64,000 nt of DNA, taken from NCBI GenBank assembly GCA_965218095.1, contig OZ244587.1, forward strand, positions 2,272,001-2,336,000. The letters run 5' to 3'. Made by a program: the position numbers and the translations under genes. The stretch is from Candidatus Poribacteria bacterium (GTDB lineage Bacteria > Poribacteria > WGA-4E > PCPOR2b). Every line of letters begins with the position of its first letter. The stretch's first letter is position 1. The notes under the pieces are model-generated. The model was given only the letters and a program-made list of their open reading frames with translations, searched no databases and was not told the origin of the DNA. Below, piece after piece: positions 9,914 to 19,376 of the stretch.

Positions 9914-11773
9914 TTATTTCCGTCTTACTATCTCTGGATACGTCTCCAACGCCTGAAACCACTGTTTGAGATTTGAAACCCGTTGTGCAAATTCGACAGA
10001 GGCTTTGAGGGGACGACCCCGTGTGTCCACCACCAGACCCACTACACCCCCTGTGACCTCTGCTTCGATCGCCCCTCCACGCCCGCCGCCCATATCGAAA
10101 CGGCGATCAGGTTGGAGGCTCACTCTGGCTTTTTCACCGATGCCGAGTGGAAGTAAGCGCAATTCGCCAAACGGCACGTCTTCGGATAGCGTCCCTTTAC
10201 CGGGAATTCTTGCTGTGATCTCCACGCACGGTTCACCAGGCTTGCTGGTGCCGACGGGGGCGATGCAGGCACCCAAATGGATGAGGCAGTCGCGTTCAAA
10301 GACCTGCGTTGCTGCCGCTTCGTTGACCTGTGCAAGGACGCCGAGTTGGGGCATCATAAAGATACTATCAATGGCGAGGTGGGTAATCCCTTCCGGCTGA
10401 AAGGCGTCGATCATCATCAACATTGACTGTTGCCGACGTGGGGCGTGGGAAAGCACACCGCCGCTCCCGACAATCAGATCCAACGATAGCATGTCCACAA
10501 GCGTCCCGCCGGTCTCAGATTGGGAGAAGGCTTCGGAGATGGTGCGCTGCTGCTGCACGCCGCGCAATTCGACTGCAAGCTGTTTGTGCTGATCGAATGC
10601 CAACCGCAAGGCTTCGCGCGCGATGGCTTGCTCGATCATCAGTTCTTCAAGGGTCTGCGGAATCGTCGTCGGGCGAATCATCTTGTTCTTGATCCGATTC
10701 CCAAGGTCGCTGATATTTATGTTAAACGGCACCCAGCGTAAGATATTTTCCGTCCCCGCCTCCGCGAGGACGTTGGAGATGCTGTAACTCATCCCCAGAT
10801 TGGCGCTCACCGTGCGGTTAAAGATCGCCTCATTTTCCTGATTTCTGAAGACCGAGAACACATCAGTCGTTGCGCCCCCGATGTCCACACCGACCACCTG
10901 GATATTTTGCTGCGCTGCGATCGTTTGCATAATCGCTCCGACGGCACCGGGAGTTGGCATAATCGGCGCATCTGTCCAGGAAATCAGTTTTTTGTAGCCG
11001 GGGGCGTGCGCCATGACATGCTCAAGGAATTGCTCTTGGATCTTCAGACGGGTCGGCATCAGATTTTCGCGTTCTAGTACGGGACGTAGATTATCTACAA
11101 TTTCCAACGCCATTTTATCGCCAAGCTGCTCGCCGACAACCTCGTTGGCATCCTTGTTTCCTGCGTAGATCACCGGCAATTCGTAGCTCACGCCTAAACG
11201 GGGTTTTGGATTTGCCGCGGCAATGACTTCTGCTAATTCCGCGACATGAGAGGTTGTCCCACCATCAACGCCGCCTGAGAGAAGAAGCATATCCGGACGT
11301 AGATGGCGGATGCGCTCGATCTTCTCATGGGACAACCGCTTATCGTTGGAAGCAATCACGTCCATGACAATCGCACCCGCGCCAAGCGCCGCCCGTTCTG
11401 CGCTCTCGGCAGTAAGATTGCGCACCACACCCGCGACCACCATCTGCAACCCACCGCCTGCGCTGCTGGTCGAGATATACGCATCAACGCCTTCATCACC
11501 CCCGATGGAATCAGGACTCGAAGCAGCACGCTGCGGTTTGATGATCTGTCTGTCCTTCAAGAACTTGCGTCCAGCGAGCTCTTCGACCTCCGTGATTGCG
11601 TTGATTACCCCGGTGGTGACATCCTCAACCGGTGCCTCAACAGTCGTTGGCGCCTCGCCGCGAACGACGAGATGGTATTCATCGCCACGCTTCTCAATCA
11701 AAATCGCTTTCGTCGTGGTGCTGCCACAATCTGTTGCAAGGATTGAGCGCATCTCCTGTGGCTGGTTTGGCAT
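9914..11773 (-). CDS. GlmL/MutL-like (glutamate mutase L family) ASKHA-fold ATPase
   Basis: TDCGSTTTKA, STSSAGGGLQM, LLSGGVDGG, IMPTPGAV, VDIGGATTDVFS, RTVSANLGMSYS, GSGGVLSHAP. Confidence 0.85.
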   Translation of the reverse strand: MPNQPQEMRSILATDCGSTTTKAILIEKRGDEYHLVVRGEAPTTVEAPVEDVTTGVINAITEVEELAGRKFLKDRQIIKPQRAASSPDSIGGDEGVDAYISTSSAGGGLQMVVAGVVRNLTAESAERAALGAGAIVMDVIASNDKRLSHEKIERIRHLRPDMLLLSGGVDGGTTSHVAELAEVIAAANPKPRLGVSYELPVIYAGNKDANEVVGEQLGDKMALEIVDNLRPVLERENLMPTRLKIQEQFLEHVMAHAPGYKKLISWTDAPIMPTPGAVGAIMQTIAAQQNIQVVGVDIGGATTDVFSVFRNQENEAIFNRTVSANLGMSYSISNVLAEAGTENILRWVPFNINISDLGNRIKNKMIRPTTIPQTLEELMIEQAIAREALRLAFDQHKQLAVELRGVQQQRTISEAFSQSETGGTLVDMLSLDLIVGSGGVLSHAPRRQQSMLMMIDAFQPEGITHLAIDSIFMMPQLGVLAQVNEAAATQVFERDCLIHLGACIAPVGTSKPGEPCVEITARIPGKGTLSEDVPFGELRLLPLGIGEKARVSLQPDRRFDMGGGRGGAIEAEVTGGVVGLVVDTRGRPLKASVEFAQRVSNLKQWFQALETYPEIVRRK

Positions 11774-11774
11774 A

Positions 11775-12077
11775 CTACCCTTTCTCCTCTCCATCTAGTT
11801 TTTCAATCAGTTGGGTGAGCAACTCAACGTTTGCATCCTTTTCGATAATCAAAGCAAATTTCTGGTATTCAGCGGTGTTAAAAATCGATTGCACAAATGG
11901 ATTAAGCGCAATAAGTATTTGACTGCCGAGAAAGTTGAGCGGTTTACAGATCTCAAGGAATAAAATCACCGGCACGGTCAACCGTCGCTTCACAATCTGT
12001 CTCGCAACCTTCGTAAGGAGCGTCTCCTGCTCATCCAGGGAAATTTCATCAAGGGTCAGTGGTATATATTTGATCAT
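11775..12077 (-). CDS. Small conserved hypothetical protein directly upstream of the glmL-like gene
   Basis: 100-aa helical ORF (VPVILFLEICKPLNFLGSQ) whose stop lies 1 nt before the glmL ATG. Confidence 0.65.
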   Translation of the reverse strand: MIKYIPLTLDEISLDEQETLLTKVARQIVKRRLTVPVILFLEICKPLNFLGSQILIALNPFVQSIFNTAEYQKFALIIEKDANVELLTQLIEKLDGEEKG

Positions 12078-12115
12078 TTTGTCAGTAAAATAGGGAACAG
12101 AGATCCCAGGAATTT

Positions 12116-13087
12116 TCAGCCCTGAACAAGCTCCAAGACCATTTTTTCTAAATCCGACTCGCCATTTATAATCTGGTTGACGATTTCACAAACACGCAAC
12201 CGGACACCTGATTGGCTTGCTAATGCGGTCACAGCGTCGGACGATGCCACTCCTTCGGCGACGCTTGTCCGTTTTTCCAAAACCTGCTCCAGCGTTTCCC
12301 TCTGTCCCAGCGCATAGCCCAAAGACATATTGCGTGAGCTCCGGCTGCCGCAGGTCAGAATCAGGTCGCCAACGCCGCACGGCTCCATCACCGTTTCCGG
12401 TTTGCCGCCTTTGGCGACGCACAACTGTCTAATCTCCACCAGACCTTCGGCAATCAACGCGGCCTTCGCACTTTCTCCTAGCCCTTTGCCTTCGACGATA
12501 CCGCAGGCGATAGCAATCACGTTTTTCACGGCGCCGCCGATCTGGGCACCTATCACATCACCGGAATGGTGGATGCTGAATCTCGGATGCTCTACCGCGC
12601 GAGCAAGCTGTTTACCAGGCACCACATTGTTATAGGCGATCGTCACCGAAGCCGGAAGCCCCTTTGCCACTTCAGCCGCAAAGGTGGGTCCGCTGAGTAT
12701 AGCCAGCGGATTGGGAAGTGTTTCCTCCACCACCTCGCTCATCAGTTTCAAACTTTGTTGTTCTATCCCTTTACTACAAATAACCAGAGGAAGAGAGGCA
12801 TCCAGCCCGTCTGAATACAGTCGCTCGCAGGTGGCGCGCAGGTACTGGGCAGGCACCACCAAAAACAGTACGTCCTGCTGTAGCATCGTGCCCAAATCAT
12901 TGGTGGCATGAACCCCGAAGGGAAGTTCAATGCCGGAAAGGAACATCGTGTTTTCGTGCTGTGCATTGATAGACGCTACGACCTCTGGTTCCCGCGCCCA
13001 TAAGGTGACCTCACGGCCAGCACGATATGCTGTAACAGCCAATGCCGTCCCCCACGCCCCGGCGCCCACTATCCCGACTTTCTTCAT
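12116..13087 (-). CDS. gpsA: NAD(P)H-dependent glycerol-3-phosphate dehydrogenase
   Basis: GAGAWGTALA, SKGIE, LSGPTFAAEVA, GGAVKNVIAIACG, GDLILTC..SRN. Confidence 0.95.
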   Translation of the reverse strand: MKKVGIVGAGAWGTALAVTAYRAGREVTLWAREPEVVASINAQHENTMFLSGIELPFGVHATNDLGTMLQQDVLFLVVPAQYLRATCERLYSDGLDASLPLVICSKGIEQQSLKLMSEVVEETLPNPLAILSGPTFAAEVAKGLPASVTIAYNNVVPGKQLARAVEHPRFSIHHSGDVIGAQIGGAVKNVIAIACGIVEGKGLGESAKAALIAEGLVEIRQLCVAKGGKPETVMEPCGVGDLILTCGSRSSRNMSLGYALGQRETLEQVLEKRTSVAEGVASSDAVTALASQSGVRLRVCEIVNQIINGESDLEKMVLELVQG

Positions 13088-13359
13088 ATCTGCCTCTACG
13101 TTCTTTTCGCCATAGGAGATGTGATTAAAATGATAAACATGGTAGGGATCCAATGATGCCTATTCGATCCTCGCAAGGAATACCTCCTGCTCGTTTTGGG
13201 GGATTTCATTTTGCCAGAAGCCAGGCGAATCGGGTGGTAATCTTTCAAGCAGATTCGGAATTTAAACTGAAAAACAAAAAGGGGAAAGGGGGAAAGCGAG
13301 ATAAGTTAAACCATCTCTGATTTCCCGAAAGGAGAGTTTGCAAATGCAACTTGATAGAC

Positions 13360-13464
13360 TAGGGCGTGTTGACAAACTAAAGATGGCGCGGCAGAATCCC
13401 GATTCATCGGGACTCTGCCAGACCTTTCTGTTTCTATGATTTCCGCGGTTTGTCAGCAAAGTAG
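13360..13464. repeat. MITE-like shell (family D) with internal CCCGAT..ATCGGG hairpin
   Basis: TAGGGCGTGTTGACAAAC ... GTTTGTCAGCAAAGTAG ends; GGCAGAATCCCGATTCATCGGGACTCTGCC at 13390-13419. Confidence 0.5.
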
Positions 13465-13507
13465 AGAGGAAATTAGAAAATCTTAGCATGGTAAACTTCG
13501 ACTGGCA

Positions 13508-16039
13508 TCAGCCCAAAGCCGTCAGCATATCGCGCTGGTGTGCCAAGCGGTGCTCCCGCTCCTCGGCGAAGCGTTTAATCCCAGCAAAAATCGACTCGGC
13601 ATCGAGATGCGCCTCCGCGATCACGTCCGACTCAGTACCACCGGTGAGCCACTGATCGTCCCAGTCTGCGGTCAGCGAATATGCGTCCGTCAGCGGCCCA
13701 ACGTCTCTGACCGGCCAGACGCGTCGTGTTCCCGTGGTCACCACCATCATGTCATATTGTGCCCCTGAGGGCAACACCGACTGGCGGTAGGCATCGGATT
13801 GCTGGTCGAACAGTTCTTGACTTACGGTTGCAATGATTTTCACGTTTACTCCCTCGTCCTCCAGTTGTGGTATGACCTCGACCAGATTGACGGTGGAGTT
13901 AGACCCCTGGACGATCACGTATCCGTGTTTGGGTTTGTCCGGATCAAAGTCGCGAATGACGTACAGCCCTTTGGCCGCTGCGTTGAGGTCGCTGTCGGCA
14001 AACATGGTGCGGTCCGCCACCGGAAAATCGGGACGGGCCACTTCGATAATAATGACGCCGACGCGGGGATTGCGGGCTGCGATCTCGGCTGCGGCAAAAT
14101 AGCCCGGAGCGACGTCGTTGTAATCCCAGAAACTGACATGAATTGCCTGACCGCGCGGAAAGAGTTTCCATACCTGGGGCGCAAAAATGCCGAAGTGCGT
14201 GCGGGCATCGGCGGCGGTCTCTGGCCCCGAATGCCCGGCCAGAATATTCAGGACACCCATGCGGAAACGACTGTCCTGGCTCTGCTGACTCCACACCCGG
14301 GCGGGCAGGTACATCAGTGGGGTAAAGGCTCCATAAGTGCCGCTCAAGGCCCAAACCCCGGCGAACTTCTCCGGGTCGAGCGCGGCGCTCTGGCCCACAA
14401 GCCCGATGGCGGTTGATGCGTTCCCCGCTTCCTCAATGGGGGCTTTGAACCGGGTACCGACCGGATTGTCATCCGGACTGTAATGGCCCCACAGGGTGCC
14501 GTGTTCAACGTTAATGGACTCGGAGAGATCGGCTGCAAGGGTGATAAACCGATTGTCGGTTACATAATTCATCCACTTGATAATTTCCGAAATGGCCCGG
14601 CGGGTTCCAGCGACTTCTCCCGCCTTTTTAAATAGGATGATGTCTACTTCCTTTTCCTCGCCAGACACCGGATTCTTCACGGTAAGTGTCTGCGGTTCAA
14701 CCGGGAGATTTTTCACCCGGATGCGGTCATCCAGAAAGGGATCGCGCGTGGTATCAATCCGCAGCGGGAGATCGGCCTGAACCGAATTACCAATTTCTAC
14801 GAGGCGATCAGCCAGCCAGTCTCCCAGTCCATTCTGGTCGAGCAGCGACATCACCACATCGATGTTGGTCTTGAACTGAATCAGACGCTCGCGCTCATCG
14901 GTGACCGGTCCCTGACGAATACCCTCGAATTCCACCCCATAACGCTTCTCAAAGGTCTCGGCAAGGGCGACAAAATACTCCTCATTCATTTTCAACGCGT
15001 ACGGGTGGCTCGAGTAACTGACCAACTGGTCGCCGTATCCCGGAATTTTCCCATCCACCACTCCGGGCCAGTATCCCTTTACCGTCCTGCCGATCACCAC
15101 CATCGGTCGGCGGTCCTCGGGCTCCCAGTCCTCCATGGTTTTGAGGACGGCAAGAATCTGATCATAATCATTGCCGTTTTCAAGGGCGAACACATTCCAG
15201 CCGTAAGAAGTCCACTGGTCTTCGAGCTGGTAGCGCTCATGTTTGGCATCGATCACCCCGCCCACCAGCGTGTCATCAATCCCCGCGTTATTATAGGACA
15301 GCAGGATACGCAGGCGCTTGCCTACCTGCGTTGCGAGGGCCTGGGTTTTTAACTCCTGCGCATGCCCCTCGGTCATGGCAAATTCGCCTTCGAGGGCGAG
15401 GACTTTGAGGGAATCGGGGGCACCCAGAAAGTTCCAGAACGCCGCTTTGCCGGCAGCAGTCGCGATACCAATGCCCGAAGGACCGCCGTTGACATCGTTG
15501 GTCACATCGGTTGTTTCGGCATGACCCGCCAGCGACCGGATGCCGCGCAATTTTGCCTGCGCAAAGAGCGGATGGTCTTCCAAGCCATGCTCTTTCAACA
15601 GAGTTTTCAGGGCGCCTGCGCCGCGTCGAAAACCTAACGCATCGATCGGCAACACGGCAACTTCCGGGGCAACGTGGTAACGCAGAACACCTGTAGCTGT
15701 ATGCTTGCGTGCCATAGCTTCGCCCATGATCATCCACAGGGCATACGCAGTGGGAATGTTATGCCCACCGGCGAGCATGAATTTGTCGCAGAACGGATGC
15801 TTGGGCTGGCGGTAGTCGTAGCGCAGGCCTCCCAGTTCCGGTCCGGCTAAATGGATCGCGACATTGTAAGGCGTGTAGGCCAACGGCCCGCCAAAATGCC
15901 CTGTCTGAGCATAATTTCCGAGCAGCACCAACGTCATACAGGTCATGGAACCGATATCCTCAAGGCGCTCCCGGTCGTATTCCGCCGTCAGTGGCTTAAC
16001 AGGTGACAGTAAAGTGTTCGTAAAAGTGTTCGTGCTCAT
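13508..16039 (-). CDS. Transketolase-like ThDP-dependent enzyme (single-chain, atypical)
   Basis: GHFGGPL, DKFMLAGGH, LAGHAE, RTVKG, ADLSES, IEEAG, GHSGPETAADARTH; RBS AGGAGG before ATG 16039. Confidence 0.8.
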   Translation of the reverse strand: MSTNTFTNTLLSPVKPLTAEYDRERLEDIGSMTCMTLVLLGNYAQTGHFGGPLAYTPYNVAIHLAGPELGGLRYDYRQPKHPFCDKFMLAGGHNIPTAYALWMIMGEAMARKHTATGVLRYHVAPEVAVLPIDALGFRRGAGALKTLLKEHGLEDHPLFAQAKLRGIRSLAGHAETTDVTNDVNGGPSGIGIATAAGKAAFWNFLGAPDSLKVLALEGEFAMTEGHAQELKTQALATQVGKRLRILLSYNNAGIDDTLVGGVIDAKHERYQLEDQWTSYGWNVFALENGNDYDQILAVLKTMEDWEPEDRRPMVVIGRTVKGYWPGVVDGKIPGYGDQLVSYSSHPYALKMNEEYFVALAETFEKRYGVEFEGIRQGPVTDERERLIQFKTNIDVVMSLLDQNGLGDWLADRLVEIGNSVQADLPLRIDTTRDPFLDDRIRVKNLPVEPQTLTVKNPVSGEEKEVDIILFKKAGEVAGTRRAISEIIKWMNYVTDNRFITLAADLSESINVEHGTLWGHYSPDDNPVGTRFKAPIEEAGNASTAIGLVGQSAALDPEKFAGVWALSGTYGAFTPLMYLPARVWSQQSQDSRFRMGVLNILAGHSGPETAADARTHFGIFAPQVWKLFPRGQAIHVSFWDYNDVAPGYFAAAEIAARNPRVGVIIIEVARPDFPVADRTMFADSDLNAAAKGLYVIRDFDPDKPKHGYVIVQGSNSTVNLVEVIPQLEDEGVNVKIIATVSQELFDQQSDAYRQSVLPSGAQYDMMVVTTGTRRVWPVRDVGPLTDAYSLTADWDDQWLTGGTESDVIAEAHLDAESIFAGIKRFAEEREHRLAHQRDMLTALG

Positions 16040-16322
16040 AGCCAACGAAATCCCTCCTGAGTTTGTTAGGGGCCTGGACACATGTTTCTGGACATGAATG
16101 CTGCGTTGTCTTCCAGGGTCGAACGTGTATAGGGGGCTGCCGGGGGCTGCCCATACTACAATCCCGACTGCCAGGGGTAATCCAAAAAATTCTGTCTGAA
16201 CGATTTCTAACTTCACTTACGAATTTGGTTAGAACATTATAACACAATTGCTCAAAAAAAGGGATCGAAAAAAACAGAAAATTTGGCGTTTTGTGGCCAT
16301 GGGGAATTTCTAGATTTTACGC

Positions 16323-16351
16323 TTGACTCAGTTTATAGGTCGTGGTATAGT
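16323..16351 (+). promoter_or_regulatory. sigma70-type promoter
   Basis: TTGACT-17 bp-TATAGT with TG at the extended -10 position. Confidence 0.5.
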
Positions 16352-16471
16352 AATTTCGTTTTTTTATTGTATCGGGTTTTAGAAATTTGTTCAATAGGAT
16401 CATCCGGGAAAATTCGGGGTGGTTCATTTTTGGGCTGAGTTCGGTTGACACTTTCCAAACACCAAATAATC

Positions 16472-16498
16472 GGAGCACAAGCTAATAGCTTGTGCTCC
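16472..16498. repeat. Perfect palindrome (REP-like hairpin)
   Basis: GGAGCACAAGCTA-A-TAGCTTGTGCTCC, 13-bp arms. Confidence 0.7.
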
Positions 16499-16550
16499 TG
16501 AAATCGTCAACAAGATCTTGAACCATCCTGACAACTGAACTTTTTTCGTT

Positions 16551-16949
16551 ATGCCAACTCAATTGACATGCCACACATCACATACCGAGTCCATCCCGCA
16601 GGTAACCGCCCGTGAGCTTAACGATCTATTTGCTGCTGCATGGACGAACCACAAAGAGAGTCAATTTCGTTCGATTCTTGAGCACAGCCTTGCATATATC
16701 GGAGCGTACGATGGGGGTCGACTTGTCGGATTTGTGAACGTAGCGTGGGACGGTGGCATACATGGTTTTCTTCTCGATACAACTGTTCACACCGACTATC
16801 AAGGACACGGTATTGGCAGTCAACTGGTCGAACGAGCTGCCGAAGTAACTGCGCAAAATGGTGTGGAGTGGCTCCATGTCGACTACGAGCCACAACTTGA
16901 AGACTTTTATCAGGCGTGTGGGTTCACGGAGACGAGGGCAGGGTTCTGA
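16551..16949 (+). CDS. GNAT family N-acetyltransferase
   Basis: LVGFVNVAWDGGIHGFLLDTTVHTDYQGHGIG..WLHVDYEPQLEDFYQACGF. Confidence 0.9.
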   Translation: MPTQLTCHTSHTESIPQVTARELNDLFAAAWTNHKESQFRSILEHSLAYIGAYDGGRLVGFVNVAWDGGIHGFLLDTTVHTDYQGHGIGSQLVERAAEVTAQNGVEWLHVDYEPQLEDFYQACGFTETRAGF

Positions 16950-16997
16950 ATTTGTGCGGATAGTTGGCATCATCACAAGTTATGAAGGAGAAGACCA

Positions 16998-18149
16998 ATG
17001 TCCATTATTGCTGAACCGGATGTGAAGACCGATCGCCTCGGTGGCGTGGATGTGCCATCTGCCGAAGTGCTCAAGAAGATGCATGAGAGTCAGTACATTC
17101 TCCATGCTCGCGGCGGCAAGTCGAGCGAAGTGCCGGTCGAAAAGGTGCTCCTGCCGCGGGAACCGAACACGAGCCCACAGGCTGTCCACGCTGTCAAAGC
17201 GCCTGACGGGGCCGTCTACGCCAATCTAGCCCACATTATCTGCAAGACCAACGACGCGGGCACGATGTGGACGGCGCATGACAAAGGCCCCGGCAGCGGG
17301 CATTTTGAAGTCCTCAAGGACGGGACCTTCATTGGTTTGGGCACTGAGGGTGAACATCCAAACTTGCAAGTAATCATCAAATCGTCGACCGACGAGGGCC
17401 GCACCTGGCAAAAAATCTCCCAGATTCCGAATCCGCCGGGATGCTGGGGCAGTGGGATATGGATCGCGCACCTGCCGGATGACACGTTACTGGCGGCTAT
17501 TGGACATCCGAACCATGTTTTTGAGCAACAGGGGCCCAAGCTGGTGTACAAATCGGGTACGGGTGACCTGTTCGTGTATCGTTCGACCAATGGCGGGCAG
17601 ACGTGGACCGACCCGGCCCATATGCATGACTGGGCGAGCGAGGGGGGCGTCACGCTGACGGCGTCGGGTAAACTGTTCGCGGCGCACCGCTACCAGCGCC
17701 CCATGATGCCCGGTGATCCGCCCGATCTGGAGCAGCGGACAGGCAGCATTAGTCCAGGTTGGCCCTACAAGCACGTATGTGTCGTCGAGTCGGATGATTG
17801 GGGATGCACATGGAAGAACTTTCGCCAGTTCACATCAGTGTTCGGCCAGACGCGCGGCTATCCTGTAGCACTCAGTGACGGCACCGTGATCGTCATTCAC
17901 GACACGCGCTACGGCCCTGGGCCACCTGGCAGCCGGGCCATGATTAGCCGTGACGAAGGTGAGACTTGGGAAGACGAGGTGTACTACTTGGACTATACAA
18001 CCTTCACGGGAAGCTATAATGCCAGCGTTTTACTGGAGAACGATCTTATTCTTACCGTGGCTGCCTCCAGTCAGGCCGGCAACAATTGGGAAGCCGTGAG
18101 AGACAACACCGACGTTTACGCCATACGGTGGAAGCCGGTGAAGCAATAG
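16998..18149 (+). CDS. Sialidase-like BNR/Asp-box beta-propeller protein
   Basis: Multiple Asp boxes: STDEGRTW, STNGGQTW, SDDWGCTW, SRDEGETW. Confidence 0.8.
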   Translation: MSIIAEPDVKTDRLGGVDVPSAEVLKKMHESQYILHARGGKSSEVPVEKVLLPREPNTSPQAVHAVKAPDGAVYANLAHIICKTNDAGTMWTAHDKGPGSGHFEVLKDGTFIGLGTEGEHPNLQVIIKSSTDEGRTWQKISQIPNPPGCWGSGIWIAHLPDDTLLAAIGHPNHVFEQQGPKLVYKSGTGDLFVYRSTNGGQTWTDPAHMHDWASEGGVTLTASGKLFAAHRYQRPMMPGDPPDLEQRTGSISPGWPYKHVCVVESDDWGCTWKNFRQFTSVFGQTRGYPVALSDGTVIVIHDTRYGPGPPGSRAMISRDEGETWEDEVYYLDYTTFTGSYNASVLLENDLILTVAASSQAGNNWEAVRDNTDVYAIRWKPVKQ

Positions 18150-18165
18150 GGAATAGGGAGAACGA

Positions 18166-18981
18166 ATGATGGATTTCTGGGATGCACTGTATGAACTGGG
18201 CGTGCGCGATGATATGCTGACTATCGCAGAGAAGGAACAGTTGGATGGGGACGGTTATTTGCCTCTGGAGGGCGTCTTCACGCGCAAACACGCAGCGCGG
18301 ATGCTCGAAACACACAAGAAGCTGTGGGAGATCGAGGGAACAGGCCAGGAAGGCAAGGCTGACTCAGTCGTGAATGCACAGAACAAGTGCGGGTCCGACG
18401 TGTACGACATCTGCTTTACCCACCCGCGTGTGTTGGCTGCGGTGGCGCATGTGCTGAAAGAAGAATTCCTGTCAATGGGGGTTCATCCTGCCGGGCCGCA
18501 TTGGCCGCCCGGCGATGAGAACCAGGGCCTACACACGGATTGCCGTGGTAAGGTCTCATCCGGGAAATTCTACTGCTGTAATTCGATGTGGCCGCTGATG
18601 GATTTCACTGACGACAACGGCCCGACGCGCGTGATACCTGGGAGCCACCTGTTCGGCGCGATACCGTCAGAAGCGCTTGACGATTGCGTAGCAACACAGC
18701 CCGATGAAGTGAAACTGATTATACCGGTCGGCACGGTAGTGATCTTCAATGCGCACCTCTGGCACAGTGCAACGGCAAACCCGAAACGCATTCCTCGCGC
18801 TAACTTAACCAGTTTCTGGTCCCGGCGCGTATTTGATCCCGATGCCGCGAAAGAGAACGGAATCGAATTAAGGGAAGGTAACCGCTGTTCAAATCATCTG
18901 AGCCAGGACGCATTCGATCGCCTCAGTGAGGCAGCACGATGCCTGTTCGACCCGCCGGATGACGAGGATAGTGTAGAGTAG
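18166..18981 (+). CDS. Phytanoyl-CoA dioxygenase family protein
   Basis: LDGDGYLPL, QGLHTD, DFTDDNGPTRVIPGSH, GTVVIFNAHLWH. Confidence 0.9.
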   Translation: MMDFWDALYELGVRDDMLTIAEKEQLDGDGYLPLEGVFTRKHAARMLETHKKLWEIEGTGQEGKADSVVNAQNKCGSDVYDICFTHPRVLAAVAHVLKEEFLSMGVHPAGPHWPPGDENQGLHTDCRGKVSSGKFYCCNSMWPLMDFTDDNGPTRVIPGSHLFGAIPSEALDDCVATQPDEVKLIIPVGTVVIFNAHLWHSATANPKRIPRANLTSFWSRRVFDPDAAKENGIELREGNRCSNHLSQDAFDRLSEAARCLFDPPDDEDSVE

Positions 18982-19116
18982 CGACGCTACACAGGATTCA
19001 AGCAACCTACTCTGGTGGGATGACGTGTCAGGCGCTATGTGCGACATTTTCTGGAAAGAATCGCTGGAGAGGAGAGCACATCGGCTTTCTTATACCTGAC
19101 CGATGAAGGGGAAATC

Positions 19117-19281
19117 ATGTCTGAGCATCTTGAATACAAATACAAAAGACCGTTTCCGTGGGCGACTTTGATCGTTGGCATTAGTGTCTTAGCAATCTAT
19201 ACATTGGTCGGAACTCTGATCTACCTGATGTTCCGAACAGGTAATCGTCTACTGAGTGGTCTACAAACGTCAATGGCATGA
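19117..19281 (+). CDS. Small single-TM hypothetical protein
   Basis: RBS GAAGGGG, 54 aa with one hydrophobic helix (WATLIVGISVLAIYTLVGTLIYLMF). Confidence 0.4.
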   Translation: MSEHLEYKYKRPFPWATLIVGISVLAIYTLVGTLIYLMFRTGNRLLSGLQTSMA

Positions 19282-19376
19282 GATCAGCCCAAGCGGATCG
19301 TACGTCAGCCAACGGAACCTATCTCATATCGGGGCATATAACACCCCAATTTCAAAAAGAATCATTGAGGAGCGCT

